A stretch of DNA of 64,000 bases from Angelakisella sp. (lineage in GTDB: Bacteria; Bacillota; Clostridia; Oscillospirales; Ruminococcaceae), in the NCBI GenBank assembly GCA_050873265.1, contig JBNMIL010000001.1:1606-65605 (forward strand). Reading direction: 5' to 3'. Under the pieces are notes generated by a model. That model worked only from the letters and a program-made list of their open reading frames with translations. It made no database searches and had not been told where the DNA came from. Shown here piece after piece: positions 29,851 to 39,421 of the stretch. Position 1 is the stretch's first letter. Each line of letters opens with the position of its first letter. The translations under genes were made by a program, and so were the position numbers.

Positions 29851-30777
29851 TTGAATAAAGTTTTTTTCGATTTAGAGTGGAACACCGGCTTTCTGGACGG
29901 TAACAGCTTTGATGAGATCATCGAGATCGGCGCCGTAAAGACCGATGAGGAATACCGGCAGATCGACGGGTTCCGGCGGCTGATCCGCCCTGTCATCTAC
30001 CGCAAGATGAACCCCTATATCCAGAAGATCCTTGCCATCACCATGAAAGACCTGCGGGACGCCGACCCGCTGGGAGCCGTGGCAAAGGAGTTCTTTGACT
30101 GGTGCGGTGACTGCGATACCCTGATCGCATGGAGCAGTAACGACTTTGGCGTGCTGGAAAAGAACCTTGCCCATATCGGCATGAGTATTCCGGAGAGTTT
30201 GGGACGCTACGATGTACAGATGGCATATGCCTACCGCACCGAGAAAAGCATCCGCAACTATGCCCTGAAAACCGCCGTGGAAGCAATGGAGCTGCCGGAG
30301 CCGGAGGACCAGGCGTACCATGATGCCTACTTTGACGCACAGTTCACTGCCGCCATCGGGCGGGCACTGACGGAGCGGTACGGTCCCCTGCCGACCGAGG
30401 AGGAGCTGCAGGCACTGAAAAACACGCTGGTGAAGCCGAAAAAGCCCAAGCTGCCGCTGATGTACAGCGTCAAAAAGGCGATCCGCATGGAGCAGTACAC
30501 CACATTCCCCTGCCCGACCTGCGGACTGCGGCTGCGGCTGCCCTGCTGGTACGCGCTGGACGATAAGCATTTCATCGGGCGGGCACGCTGCCCCGAATGC
30601 GGCTGCCGCTACGCGGAGCTGAGCTGTGACAACTTCCGGCAGGACCGCTGCGACGCGCACTTTACCCTGTGGGGCGAAGCGAGCGAGCACGCAAAGGAAC
30701 TGATGTCGGCGGCAATGGAGCTGGATCACTGCATCAAGCTGTACCCGCCCCACCATAAAAAAGAAACGGCAAAATAA
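29851..30777 (+). CDS. DEDDh 3'-5' exonuclease with C-terminal Cys-rich domain
   Basis: FFDLEWN, EIIEIGAV, NDF, YHDAYFDA; CPTC...CPEC tail; TTG start after AAGGAG. Confidence 0.87.
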   Translation: MNKVFFDLEWNTGFLDGNSFDEIIEIGAVKTDEEYRQIDGFRRLIRPVIYRKMNPYIQKILAITMKDLRDADPLGAVAKEFFDWCGDCDTLIAWSSNDFGVLEKNLAHIGMSIPESLGRYDVQMAYAYRTEKSIRNYALKTAVEAMELPEPEDQAYHDAYFDAQFTAAIGRALTERYGPLPTEEELQALKNTLVKPKKPKLPLMYSVKKAIRMEQYTTFPCPTCGLRLRLPCWYALDDKHFIGRARCPECGCRYAELSCDNFRQDRCDAHFTLWGEASEHAKELMSAAMELDHCIKLYPPHHKKETAK

Positions 30778-30782
30778 AACGG

Positions 30783-30812
30783 AAAGCAGTCCCGCGGTGG
30801 GGCTGCTTTTTT
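30783..30812 (+). terminator. intrinsic terminator
   Basis: AAAGCAGTCCC...GGGGCTGCTTTTTT. Confidence 0.75.
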
Positions 30813-30848
30813 GTGGTCATTTGAAAGATACGGCATTATTTATTCTTC

Positions 30849-30964
30849 ATTAACGAATACCGTTTTGTTTTGCCGATTTTTTATTCGTTAATTACTGTTA
30901 ACATTGACATTTTTCGCACGCTTCGTTATTCTGTATTATGATAAACGAATGATTGTGTTTATCA
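30849..30964 (+). promoter_or_regulatory. yedE operon promoter with two inverted repeats
   Basis: TTGACA-17 bp-TATTCT (30904-30932); ATTAACGAATA/TATTCGTTAAT (30849-30892); TGATAAAC/GTTTATCA (30939-30964). Confidence 0.6.
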
Positions 30965-30990
30965 AATCAACATAAAGAGAGGTTATCCCA

Positions 30991-32043
30991 ATGAAAAAAG
31001 TAAACTGGCTGGTGGTCGTCACCGGTCTGGTAGTAGGCGCTGCCGCCGTACTGCTGACCGCCCTGGGCAACCCCGGCAACATGGGCTTCTGTATCGCCTG
31101 CTTCCTGCGCGATACCTCCGGTGCCGTTGGTCTGCACTCCGCGGCGGCGGTACAGTACATCCGTCCCGAGATCATCGGCATCGTACTGGGCTCCCTGATC
31201 GCTGCTTTGGGCTTTAAGGAGTTCAAGGGTCGCGGCGGTTCCTCCCCTGCCCTGCGCTTTGTGCTGGGCATGTTCGTTATGATCGGCGCTTTGATGTTCC
31301 TGGGCTGCCCGCTGCGTATGATGATCCGTATCGGCGGCGGCGACCTGAATGCCATCGTTGGTCTGGTGGGCTTTGTGGTCGGCATCTTTGTCGGCACTCT
31401 GTTCCTCAAGAAGGGCTTTACCATGAAGCGCGCCTATAACCTGGGCGCCCTGGAAGGCAGCGTAATGCCCGCTATCGTCGTAGCGCTGCTGATCCTGCTC
31501 ATTGCCGCTCCCTCCTTCATTCATTTTTCCACCGAGGGTCCCGGCAGCAAGCACGCTCCCCTTATCGCTTCCCTGATCGTTGGTCTGATCGTCGGCGCTC
31601 TGGCGCAGCGTTCCCGTCTGTGCACCGTGGGCGGTATCCGCGACGCGATGATGTTCAAGGACTTTAAGCTGATGTATGGCTTTATTGCTGTTATCGTTGC
31701 CGTTATCATCGGCAACCTCATCACCGGCAACTTCAATCTCGGCTTTGGGGGTCAGCCTGTTGCACACACCGACGGTCTGTGGAACGCGCTGGGCATGGCT
31801 TTGGTTGGCTGGGGCTCCGTGCTGCTGGGCGGCTGCCCGCTGCGTCAGCTGATTCTGGCGGGCGAGGGCAACGCCGATTCCACCATCACCGTACTGGGCA
31901 TGATGGTAGGCGCCGCACTGTGCCACAACTTCGGTCTGGCTTCTTCCGCTGCCGGTCCTACCCAGAACGGTATGATCGCTGTTATCATCGGCTTTGTGGT
32001 CGTGGCGATCGTTTCGTTCCGAAACGTTGCTAAGGAGGCGTAA
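30991..32043 (+). CDS. yedE: YedE/YeeE family putative selenium/sulfur transporter
   Basis: GNPGNMGFCIACFLRD, YIRPEI, FLGCPLR, QRSRLC, GGCPLRQL. Confidence 0.92.
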   Translation: MKKVNWLVVVTGLVVGAAAVLLTALGNPGNMGFCIACFLRDTSGAVGLHSAAAVQYIRPEIIGIVLGSLIAALGFKEFKGRGGSSPALRFVLGMFVMIGALMFLGCPLRMMIRIGGGDLNAIVGLVGFVVGIFVGTLFLKKGFTMKRAYNLGALEGSVMPAIVVALLILLIAAPSFIHFSTEGPGSKHAPLIASLIVGLIVGALAQRSRLCTVGGIRDAMMFKDFKLMYGFIAVIVAVIIGNLITGNFNLGFGGQPVAHTDGLWNALGMALVGWGSVLLGGCPLRQLILAGEGNADSTITVLGMMVGAALCHNFGLASSAAGPTQNGMIAVIIGFVVVAIVSFRNVAKEA

Positions 32044-32046
32044 ACA

Positions 32047-32250
32047 ATGGTAGATGCAAGAGGACTTTCCTGCCCCATGCCTGTGGTAATGGTACAAAAA
32101 GAGGTAAAGAAGAATAATCCTGCCAAGCTGACCGTTATGGTAGACAACCAGTGCGCTGTGGAAAACGTGACCCGTTTTGCCGGCAGCCAAGGCTATAAGG
32201 TTGCCGTAAAGGCAGACGGGGACGACTTTACCCTGACCCTGACCAAGTAA
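32047..32250 (+). CDS. TusA/YedF family sulfur carrier
   Basis: DARGLSCPMPV (CPxP). Confidence 0.92.
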   Translation: MVDARGLSCPMPVVMVQKEVKKNNPAKLTVMVDNQCAVENVTRFAGSQGYKVAVKADGDDFTLTLTK

Positions 32251-32251
32251 A

Positions 32252-32497
32252 ATGAATTCTTACATTGCGACATTTCACACACACTTTTCCGCCCAATGCA
32301 CCGCGCGTGCCATGATGAAAGCCGGCATTGACGCCAAAATGGCGCCGGTGCCCAGAACACTGAGCACCGACTGCGGCACCTGTGTTCGCTACGAGGCAGC
32401 GACCCCGCTTGCCGAGCTGATGCACGCCGATTATGATGCCATCTACGCGGTGAAGGACGGAAGCTACTGTGAACTGCAAAAAAACGAAGAAGAATGA
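32252..32497 (+). CDS. DUF3343 domain protein
   Basis: YIATFHTHFSA...PVPRTLSTDCG. Confidence 0.85.
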   Translation: MNSYIATFHTHFSAQCTARAMMKAGIDAKMAPVPRTLSTDCGTCVRYEAATPLAELMHADYDAIYAVKDGSYCELQKNEEE

Positions 32498-32536
32498 AAA
32501 GCTGCCGGTTTTTGCGAGATGCTTGCAAGGCAGCAA

Positions 32537-32572
32537 AAAACAGCGTGGCTGCGAAAGTCACGCTGTTTTTTT
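32537..32572. terminator. bidirectional terminator
   Basis: AAAACAGCGTGGC...GTCACGCTGTTTTTTT between convergent genes. Confidence 0.7.
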
Positions 32573-32630
32573 AGCCGGAAAAAGCGGAATAAGTGATCCA
32601 TACGCTCTATCTACCTGATAAGCGACTAAA

Positions 32631-33548
32631 TTAGCCGCGATCGACCGTTGGACGCTGATTTTGCTCCCCGTACTTTGCTTCCATTTCTTTTGTGTGGGCA
32701 TGGAACAGTTCCAGCGCTCGCGCCTGAATGGAGGGAAGCTCTGTTTGATCCGTATCGGCGAACTCAAGTCTGATCCTTGCGGACGCGACCGCATGGCTGT
32801 CGTCTGCTCGGTTTTCATCTGCTTCCGATAAAAACTTTTGCAGCAGCCCCAGATCGCCGGAATAATGAAGCTCCACAAGCTTTGCCCGATATTCCAGCTC
32901 CGCGGGGGTGATCCCAGGAAATTGCTTCATATCTACGGTGTGCTGTGCCTCATGCTTCAATAACGAAACAAGGAACCGCTCGCTTTCAAAATCATACGCC
33001 TGCTCAACACAGTTGATCGTACCGTCGGGCGAAGCCCAGCCGCTTGTTCCGTATCTGCCGAAGGTCAGATAATCCATCCAGCTCCGGAATATAAAGCCAT
33101 TAAGAATATTGACGGTGTATTCCGCTGTTTTGTCCGGCAGCTCGACACGATAGACGGTCGGGGTCGTATCCCGCCAAATATAAGGACCGTAGTACCCTTG
33201 GGTCTTCCCGAAAAGCGTGTGGTAGCCCTTTGCTTCAAATAACGCCCGAAGCTGCTCCGCCAGAAGCTCCTCCCCTGCCTCCGGCATGTTCAGGAGCGCT
33301 TTCAGCCCAGTCATCAGCTTATCCGCCGCTTCCGCCTCCGGTATGCCGCAGTAAAAGGTATCACGGAAATAAACCTGATACAAACGCAGGATATCGTTGA
33401 GCGTATCCGGTACATCGAAGGTGCGGTACTCACAATTTTCAAAAATCGCAACATACGCGGGAAGAATGTCTTTGAATTCCTCGTGATCACGCATATATGC
33501 AATGGCGCCTTTTATATCTCCGTTCATAAAAAACTGACTGATCTGCAT
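32631..33548 (-). CDS. hypothetical protein with HExxH motif
   Basis: 305 aa ORF with GGAG RBS; LLKHEAQH followed by ELEYRA. Confidence 0.75.
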   Translation of the reverse strand: MQISQFFMNGDIKGAIAYMRDHEEFKDILPAYVAIFENCEYRTFDVPDTLNDILRLYQVYFRDTFYCGIPEAEAADKLMTGLKALLNMPEAGEELLAEQLRALFEAKGYHTLFGKTQGYYGPYIWRDTTPTVYRVELPDKTAEYTVNILNGFIFRSWMDYLTFGRYGTSGWASPDGTINCVEQAYDFESERFLVSLLKHEAQHTVDMKQFPGITPAELEYRAKLVELHYSGDLGLLQKFLSEADENRADDSHAVASARIRLEFADTDQTELPSIQARALELFHAHTKEMEAKYGEQNQRPTVDRG

Positions 33549-33706
33549 ATCCGATCTCTCCTCTATCCAACCGATTTGCGAGTTTCCCTGTTCTCAGGCT
33601 GTCACACAGCCGATAAAAATACAAGAACAGCCACAGCGATTCACACCAACCTGCTGCGGCTGTCAACTGTCTTATGATTTTCCGCCATTGTGCAGGCGGT
33701 CAGTAT

Positions 33707-35632
33707 TTAATTGCCGCCTATCTCCTCGCTGAGCGTAAGCCAGCGTTCCATGGCGGTATCCAAAAGACTCTGCTTTTCCTCAATGAGACCGCAAAGCTCC
33801 TGCAGACGCTGATAGTCATTCTGGACGCTATCCAGTGCCATTTCCGCCTTGATCTCGGCAAGCTCCGCTTCCAGCGTATGAATAGCGGCTTCCGTTTCGG
33901 TATATTCCTTGCGGCGGCGGGCGTCCTCCCGACGCTGCTCCTTACCGCGGTAATACTGCTTTTTCTGTTCACTTTCGACCTTCGGCTGCGGGGCGTCAGC
34001 TTTCTCTGTCCCCTGCTCTGCTTTCGCTTTAAGGTATGCGCCGTAACCGCCCTTATACTGGTGCAGTGCTCCTTGCTCTATCGCGAAGATACGGTTCGGG
34101 ACTCGATCCAGCAGGTAACGGTCGTGGGAGACGATGATCAGCGTCCCCTCATATTCGGAAAGCGCCTGCTGCAGGACCTCCTTGGAGGGCAGGTCCAGGT
34201 GGTTGGTCGGCTCATCGAGCACCAGCACATTGCTGCCCGCCAGACAGATGATAGCAAGCTTGAGACGGGCACGCTCGCCGCCGGAAAGCTGCCCCACCAA
34301 CCGGTGAGCATCCTCGCCGGTGAGTCCCATCGCCCCCAGCGCGGTGCGCAGCGGCGTCTCATACAGGCGCGGATAGGCTTTCCACATGGTATCCAGAACA
34401 GTCAGGGACTGATCGAGGTGGTCGCTGCCCTGATCGTAGTAGCTGCGCTTAACGCCGCGCCCCCACATAATGCGCCCTTTCGTAGGCGGTTCCGCCGAAA
34501 GAAGGGTGCGCAGAAGCGTTGTTTTGCCGCTGCCGTTGGGACCGATGATGGCGACCTTATCGCCGCGCTGGATATTAAATTCGGCACCGGAAAGCAGCAC
34601 GCGCTCCCGTTCCCCGCTACCGACGGCAATGGTCAGATCCTCCACGGTCAGAACATCTTTGACCGGTTCGGTCTCGAATTCCAACCGGATCTTCGGTGGC
34701 TTTAAGCGGCGGTGCGGCTTTTCAACCGGCTCCAGCCGCTCCAGCATCTTCTGGCGGGACTGCGCCATTTTGGTGGTGGATGCACGCACCAGATTACGCG
34801 CTACATAGTCCTCCAGCTTGGCGCGCTCCGCCTGCTGCTGCTCGTACAGCTTTTTCTGGCGGGCGTCCTGTTCCTCCCGCTGGCGCGTATAGGCGGTATA
34901 GTTGCCCTTGTATTCCCACAGGGAGCCGTCCTCCAGCTCCCATATCTTGTTGCAGAGCTTATCAAGGAAATAGCGGTCGTGCGAAACGACCAGCAGCGCT
35001 CCCTTATAGCCGGCGAGGTAATCCTCCAGCCAGCCCAGTGTGGCAAAGTCAAGATGGTTCGTCGGCTCATCCAAAATGAGCAGGCTGGGGGCTTCCAGCA
35101 GGAGCTTCGCGATCGCCAGTCGGGTCTGTTCGCCGCCGGAGAGCTTGTCCACGCATTTATCAAAGCCGTGCTCCGCAAAGCCCATGCCGGTCAGCACCGT
35201 TTTGATCTTTACCTCGACCTGATAGCCGTCCCGCGCAAGGAAAGCGTCCTCGGTACGGCGGTATTCCTCTGCCAGTGCCGGCGTGTTCTCCTCTGCCATG
35301 CGCTCGCCCAGTTCTTTCATGCGTCGTTCCAGCGCATACACATCGGCAAAGACCGACTGCATTTCCTGCCAGATCGTCCCCTTGAAGGAAAGACCGCAGT
35401 TCTGCTTTTGATATCCGATGGAAAGATCAGCGCCGCGCGCGATCTCGCCGGAATCATCATCCGGTTCCAGTTCGCCGCAGATGACCCGCAGGAGGGTCGT
35501 CTTGCCGGTACCGTTTGGTCCCACCAGACCGATGCGGTCATGATCCTCTACCTTGGCGGTGACGCCGGAGAAAATGACATCACTGCCGAAGCTCTTATTG
35601 ACATTCTGCAGCGAGATCTGCACCGAAGACAC
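33707..35632 (-). CDS. ABC-F family ATP-binding protein
   Basis: Two ABC domains (GPNGTGKTT, LSGGE, LDEPTNHLD each), no TMs, C-terminal coiled coil. Confidence 0.95.
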   Translation of the reverse strand: MSSVQISLQNVNKSFGSDVIFSGVTAKVEDHDRIGLVGPNGTGKTTLLRVICGELEPDDDSGEIARGADLSIGYQKQNCGLSFKGTIWQEMQSVFADVYALERRMKELGERMAEENTPALAEEYRRTEDAFLARDGYQVEVKIKTVLTGMGFAEHGFDKCVDKLSGGEQTRLAIAKLLLEAPSLLILDEPTNHLDFATLGWLEDYLAGYKGALLVVSHDRYFLDKLCNKIWELEDGSLWEYKGNYTAYTRQREEQDARQKKLYEQQQAERAKLEDYVARNLVRASTTKMAQSRQKMLERLEPVEKPHRRLKPPKIRLEFETEPVKDVLTVEDLTIAVGSGERERVLLSGAEFNIQRGDKVAIIGPNGSGKTTLLRTLLSAEPPTKGRIMWGRGVKRSYYDQGSDHLDQSLTVLDTMWKAYPRLYETPLRTALGAMGLTGEDAHRLVGQLSGGERARLKLAIICLAGSNVLVLDEPTNHLDLPSKEVLQQALSEYEGTLIIVSHDRYLLDRVPNRIFAIEQGALHQYKGGYGAYLKAKAEQGTEKADAPQPKVESEQKKQYYRGKEQRREDARRRKEYTETEAAIHTLEAELAEIKAEMALDSVQNDYQRLQELCGLIEEKQSLLDTAMERWLTLSEEIGGN

Positions 35633-35768
35633 CTCCTTTCCGATTCATAGCCATAGTATTATAGCACAGGAAGCAGCGAATGAAAAGTCTTTTTGCCGCG
35701 CGGCTGTTCCCAAACGGGAAACGGAATGGTATAATAAGAAAAGAAATGAAGCGGCAAGAGGAGAAACC

Positions 35769-37397
35769 ATGTTTAAGAAAAATGACATCATTCCCTTGAC
35801 GATAGAAAGCATCACCAGTGATGGCAGCGGAATAGGGCACGCCGAGGGCATAGCGGTATTTGTGCCGATGACCGCCGCCGGTGATGTGCTGCGGGTGCGG
35901 ATCGTCAAGGTGCAGAAAAGCTACTGCTATGGCATCATTGAGGAGATTTTGACGCCCTCCCCCGACCGCATTGAGCCGGACTGCCCCTGCTACAAGCGCT
36001 GCGGCGGGTGCAGCCTGCGGCATATCACCTATGAGGCAGAGCTGCAAGCGAAAACCGGCTGGGTGCGGGATGCCATGCGGCGCATCGGCGGCTTTGCGAT
36101 GGAACCGCTGCCTATCCTGCCCTCCCCCAGCCATGAGCGTTACCGCAACAAGGCGCAGTTCCCTTTCGGGCGGAATGAGACGGGCAGCTATACCGGCTTT
36201 TTTGCGCCGCGCAGCCATACGGTGATCCCCTGCGGGAACTGCGCTTTGCAGCCTAAGGAATTTAGCGAGATTGCCGCGTGGGTATGCCGCTATGCCGACA
36301 GCCATGGGCTGACCATCTACGATGAACAAAGCGGAAAAGGGCTGCTGCGGCATCTTTATCTGCGGCAGGCAGCTGCCGACGGCAGCATTATGCTGTGTCT
36401 TATCATCAACGGCAGTAAACTGCCGCAGGCGGAGCGCTTCGCGCGGGAGGTTCAGCAGGAGTTCCCTGCTGTCGCCACCGTACTGCTGAACCACAATACC
36501 CGTCGGGATAATGTGATCCTTGGCAAAGAGCAAACGGTGCTGACAGGCGGCGGTACTTTGCAGGATACGCTGTGCGGCGTGGAGGTCTCGCTTTCCGCGC
36601 ACAGCTTTTACCAGGTGAACCACGATGCTGCCGAGCAGCTTTACCGCGAAGCCGCGCGGCTGGCGGCGCTGAAACCACAGGAAACACTGCTTGACCTCTA
36701 CTGCGGAGCCGGAACCATCGGGCTATCGATGGTAGCGCCGGAGCAGAAGCTGATTGGCGTGGAGGTAGTCCCCAGCGCCGTGGAAAATGCCAAAGAAAAC
36801 GCCCGCCGCGCAGGGGTACAGAATGCGGAGTTCCTGTGTGCCGATGCAGGAAAAGCCTCGCAGATCCTGGCGAAGCGTGGACTGCACCCCGATGTGATCG
36901 TACTTGATCCGCCGCGCAAGGGCTGTGACAACGCGACGCTGGAGGCAGTTGTACACATGGCACCCAGCCGTATTGTAATAGTAAGCTGCAACCCCGCTAC
37001 CATGGCGCGGGACGCCGCCGCCTTGCGGGAGATGGGCTATACCCTGCAATGCTACCGACCGGTAGATCTTTTCCCGAGGACGGCGCATTGTGAGACGGTA
37101 TGCTTATTGTCCAAACTCCAAAGTAAGGAACATATCAAGATTGAAGTGAAGATGGATGAGCTTGATTTGACTTCGGCTGAGAGCAAAGCCACCTACGAGG
37201 AAATCCGGGAATACATTTTCGAGCATACCGGACTGAAGGTCAGCCACCTCTATATCGCACAGGTGAAGCAGAAATACGGCATCATTGAGCGTGAAAACTA
37301 CAATAAGCCGAAATCCGAAAACGCCAAGCAGTCCCAATGCCCGCCGGAGAAAGAAAAAGCAATTACGGAAGCGCTGCGTCACTTTGGGATGATTTAA
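35769..37397 (+). CDS. rlmD: 23S rRNA (uracil-1939-C5)-methyltransferase RlmD with element-derived C-terminal extension
   Basis: TRAM N-terminus, CGGC, YRNKAQ, SFYQVN, DLYCGAG, DPPRKG, SCNPAT, DLFPRTAHCE; continues ~100 aa past the usual end. Confidence 0.95.
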   Translation: MFKKNDIIPLTIESITSDGSGIGHAEGIAVFVPMTAAGDVLRVRIVKVQKSYCYGIIEEILTPSPDRIEPDCPCYKRCGGCSLRHITYEAELQAKTGWVRDAMRRIGGFAMEPLPILPSPSHERYRNKAQFPFGRNETGSYTGFFAPRSHTVIPCGNCALQPKEFSEIAAWVCRYADSHGLTIYDEQSGKGLLRHLYLRQAAADGSIMLCLIINGSKLPQAERFAREVQQEFPAVATVLLNHNTRRDNVILGKEQTVLTGGGTLQDTLCGVEVSLSAHSFYQVNHDAAEQLYREAARLAALKPQETLLDLYCGAGTIGLSMVAPEQKLIGVEVVPSAVENAKENARRAGVQNAEFLCADAGKASQILAKRGLHPDVIVLDPPRKGCDNATLEAVVHMAPSRIVIVSCNPATMARDAAALREMGYTLQCYRPVDLFPRTAHCETVCLLSKLQSKEHIKIEVKMDELDLTSAESKATYEEIREYIFEHTGLKVSHLYIAQVKQKYGIIERENYNKPKSENAKQSQCPPEKEKAITEALRHFGMI

Positions 37398-37420
37398 GAA
37401 TATAGTTTGCTTAGTATAGA

Positions 37421-37471
37421 AAGATAGCTGCCGCTCGAAAGGTATTTATGCCTCTGAGCGGCAGTTATTTT
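37421..37471 (+). terminator. terminator after rlmD fusion
   Basis: GATAGCTGCCGCTC...GAGCGGCAGTTATTTT. Confidence 0.7.
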
Positions 37472-37484
37472 AGAGCTGTACAAT

Positions 37485-37565
37485 GCTAAAATTCGCAAGA
37501 AGTTGCGAATTTTAGCGGTATATTTGATAAAATACATTGACAGCCACACTTTTGAACAGTATACT
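37485..37565 (+). promoter_or_regulatory. 14-bp inverted repeat and sigma-A promoter of the HTH gene
   Basis: GCTAAAATTCGCAA-GAAG-TTGCGAATTTTAGC (37485-37516); TTGACA-17 bp-TATACT (37537-37565). Confidence 0.7.
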
Positions 37566-37594
37566 ATATTTTGGATATAAACAGGAGGCGCAAT

Positions 37595-37822
37595 GTGAGA
37601 ATCAGTTATAAAAAGCTGTGGATATTGCTCATTGAGAAAAATATCTCACCCGCTACACTCAGAAAAGACCTGAATATAGCGACCGGCACCATGACAAAGA
37701 TGCGCCGCAACGGGGAAGTTGCATTGTCTGTCCTGCTCCGCATATGTGATTATCTGGATTGCAACATTGGAGATATATGCGATGCGGTACGGGCGGAATC
37801 TGATCAGGGATTTGAACAATAA
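37595..37822 (+). CDS. Cro/C1-type HTH regulator
   Basis: GTG start after AGGAGG; ISYKKLWILL...KMRRNGEVALSVLLRICDYLDCNIGDI. Confidence 0.88.
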   Translation: MRISYKKLWILLIEKNISPATLRKDLNIATGTMTKMRRNGEVALSVLLRICDYLDCNIGDICDAVRAESDQGFEQ

Positions 37823-37847
37823 ACAGAAGTTGGAAGGATAGAGAAAG

Positions 37848-38015
37848 ATGAAAAAGCAATTCTGCCCTTATTGCGGGACTAAGTTGGACGAGCGAGCAAG
37901 ATTTTGTAAAAACTGCGGCGAAGCGATTCATGGTGATGCCCAAGAGGCACATAGGACATCTGATGAACAGTCAAATCCCACGGAGAGAAAGACGGTCTAC
38001 GAGGGATATATACAT
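37848..38015 (+). pseudogene. truncated zinc-ribbon protein (5' remnant)
   Basis: FCPYCG...FCKNCG...ERKTVYEGYIH, then runs out of frame into primase sequence. Confidence 0.65.
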
Positions 38016-39028
38016 ATATTGTGCGGAGCAGACTGCCGGTGGCATATTGTCCTGACGCACCGGCTCCCGTTCGGTGGCTTTCCTTTTTGGATGGGCTTCT
38101 TTACGCGGAGGACATTCCTACCTTGCAGGAGTTCATCGGTTATTGCCTGATCCCCAGCAACAAGGGGCAGCGCATGATGGTGATTAAGGGAAACGGCGGC
38201 GAAGGAAAATCACAGATCGGCGCTGTGCTGGGTGCGCTTCTCGGCAGCAACATGAAGGACGGCAGCATCGGCAAAATCTCTGAAAATCGCTTCGCTCGCG
38301 CGGATCCGGAACACATTCTGCTGTGCGTGGATGACGATATGCGGATGGAGGCGCTGCGGCAGACCAACTACGTCAAGTCCATCGTGACCGCCCAAGGCAA
38401 GATGGATTTGGAGCGCAAGGGTAAGCAGAGCTATCAAGGGTGGATGTTTGCCCGCCTGCTGGCATTTTCCAACGGTGATCTGCAAGCGCTCTATGACCGT
38501 AGCGACGGCTTTTACCGCCGTCAGCTTGTACTGACCACTAGGGAAAAGCCTGCGGAACGGGTAGATGATCCTGACCTTGCCGAAAAATTGAAAGCAGAGG
38601 TCGAGGGTATCTTCCTGTGGGCGTTTGAGGGCTTGCAGCGGCTTGTTGCCAACAACTTTAAGTTCACGGAGAGCCAGCGCACACGGGATAATCGGGAGGC
38701 AGTCAAGCGGGATAACAACAACGTCTTTGATTTTCTGGAATCGGAGGGCTATATCCGGTTGAAAGCAGACTGCACCATCAGCTCCAAAGACTTGTACGAA
38801 ATTTACCGGATGTGGTGTGAGGAAAACAATCTGACGCCGCTAAAGCGCCGCAGCTTCAGCGACAGCGTGATTGCCAGTCAGAGCAGGTACAATCTGGAAT
38901 ACTGCAACAAGATCACCAACGCTGCCGGACGGCGTGTATGGGGCTTTTTCGGCATTGAGGCGATTGCAAAACTCAATATAAACGGTTTTTCTGATGCCTC
39001 AGAGCGTACGTACGTACCGGAGGACTGA
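38016..39028 (+). pseudogene. 5'-truncated P4-family primase / D5-like SF3 helicase
   Basis: Walker A GNGGEGKS, VDDD, AFSN, GFYRR; begins abruptly at IVRSRLPV with no RBS or N-terminal domain. Confidence 0.75.
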
Positions 39029-39421
39029 CGATGAATTTTCACGCCGCCGCTCCATGTATGTATGCAGCATTTCTCCCCAAACGCTGCTATATGGGAAAAC
39101 TGCCGAGTTCGCTGCTATATTTTGAGGCGAGAAATCAAGCCAAGCGAAATCCGCAAATTATTTGCCTGATGGCAGAAATGGTTTCACGGAATCACGCTTC
39201 TCGGAACAGCAAAGCAGATGCATGGAAACATGGGAAATCATACGGTTTAGAGCAAAGTCACACGAAACAGAAAAGTCGATAGGTGTCACCTGTGAACAGG
39301 ACTTCATAACGGCAATTCTGAGCGGATTTGACAGCAACAGATTTTTTCACGATACAGCGAAGCGGATGCGCCGGTGGGCGTACCGGCTTTGCTTTTTCAT
39401 TATCTGAATTTTGGAGGGGAT

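Noticed and set aside
30991-32497. Selenocysteine read-through in the yedE cassette
   Set aside because: Conserved positions are Cys codons; the only TGA is the natural end of DUF3343
37848-38150. 100-aa ORF as an intact gene
   Set aside because: The second half is an out-of-frame read of primase DNA beyond the deletion junction
39030-39420. Precise oriT or replication origin of the element
   Set aside because: The position is plausible and short GTAT/GTAC repeats are present, but no nick-site consensus could be identified
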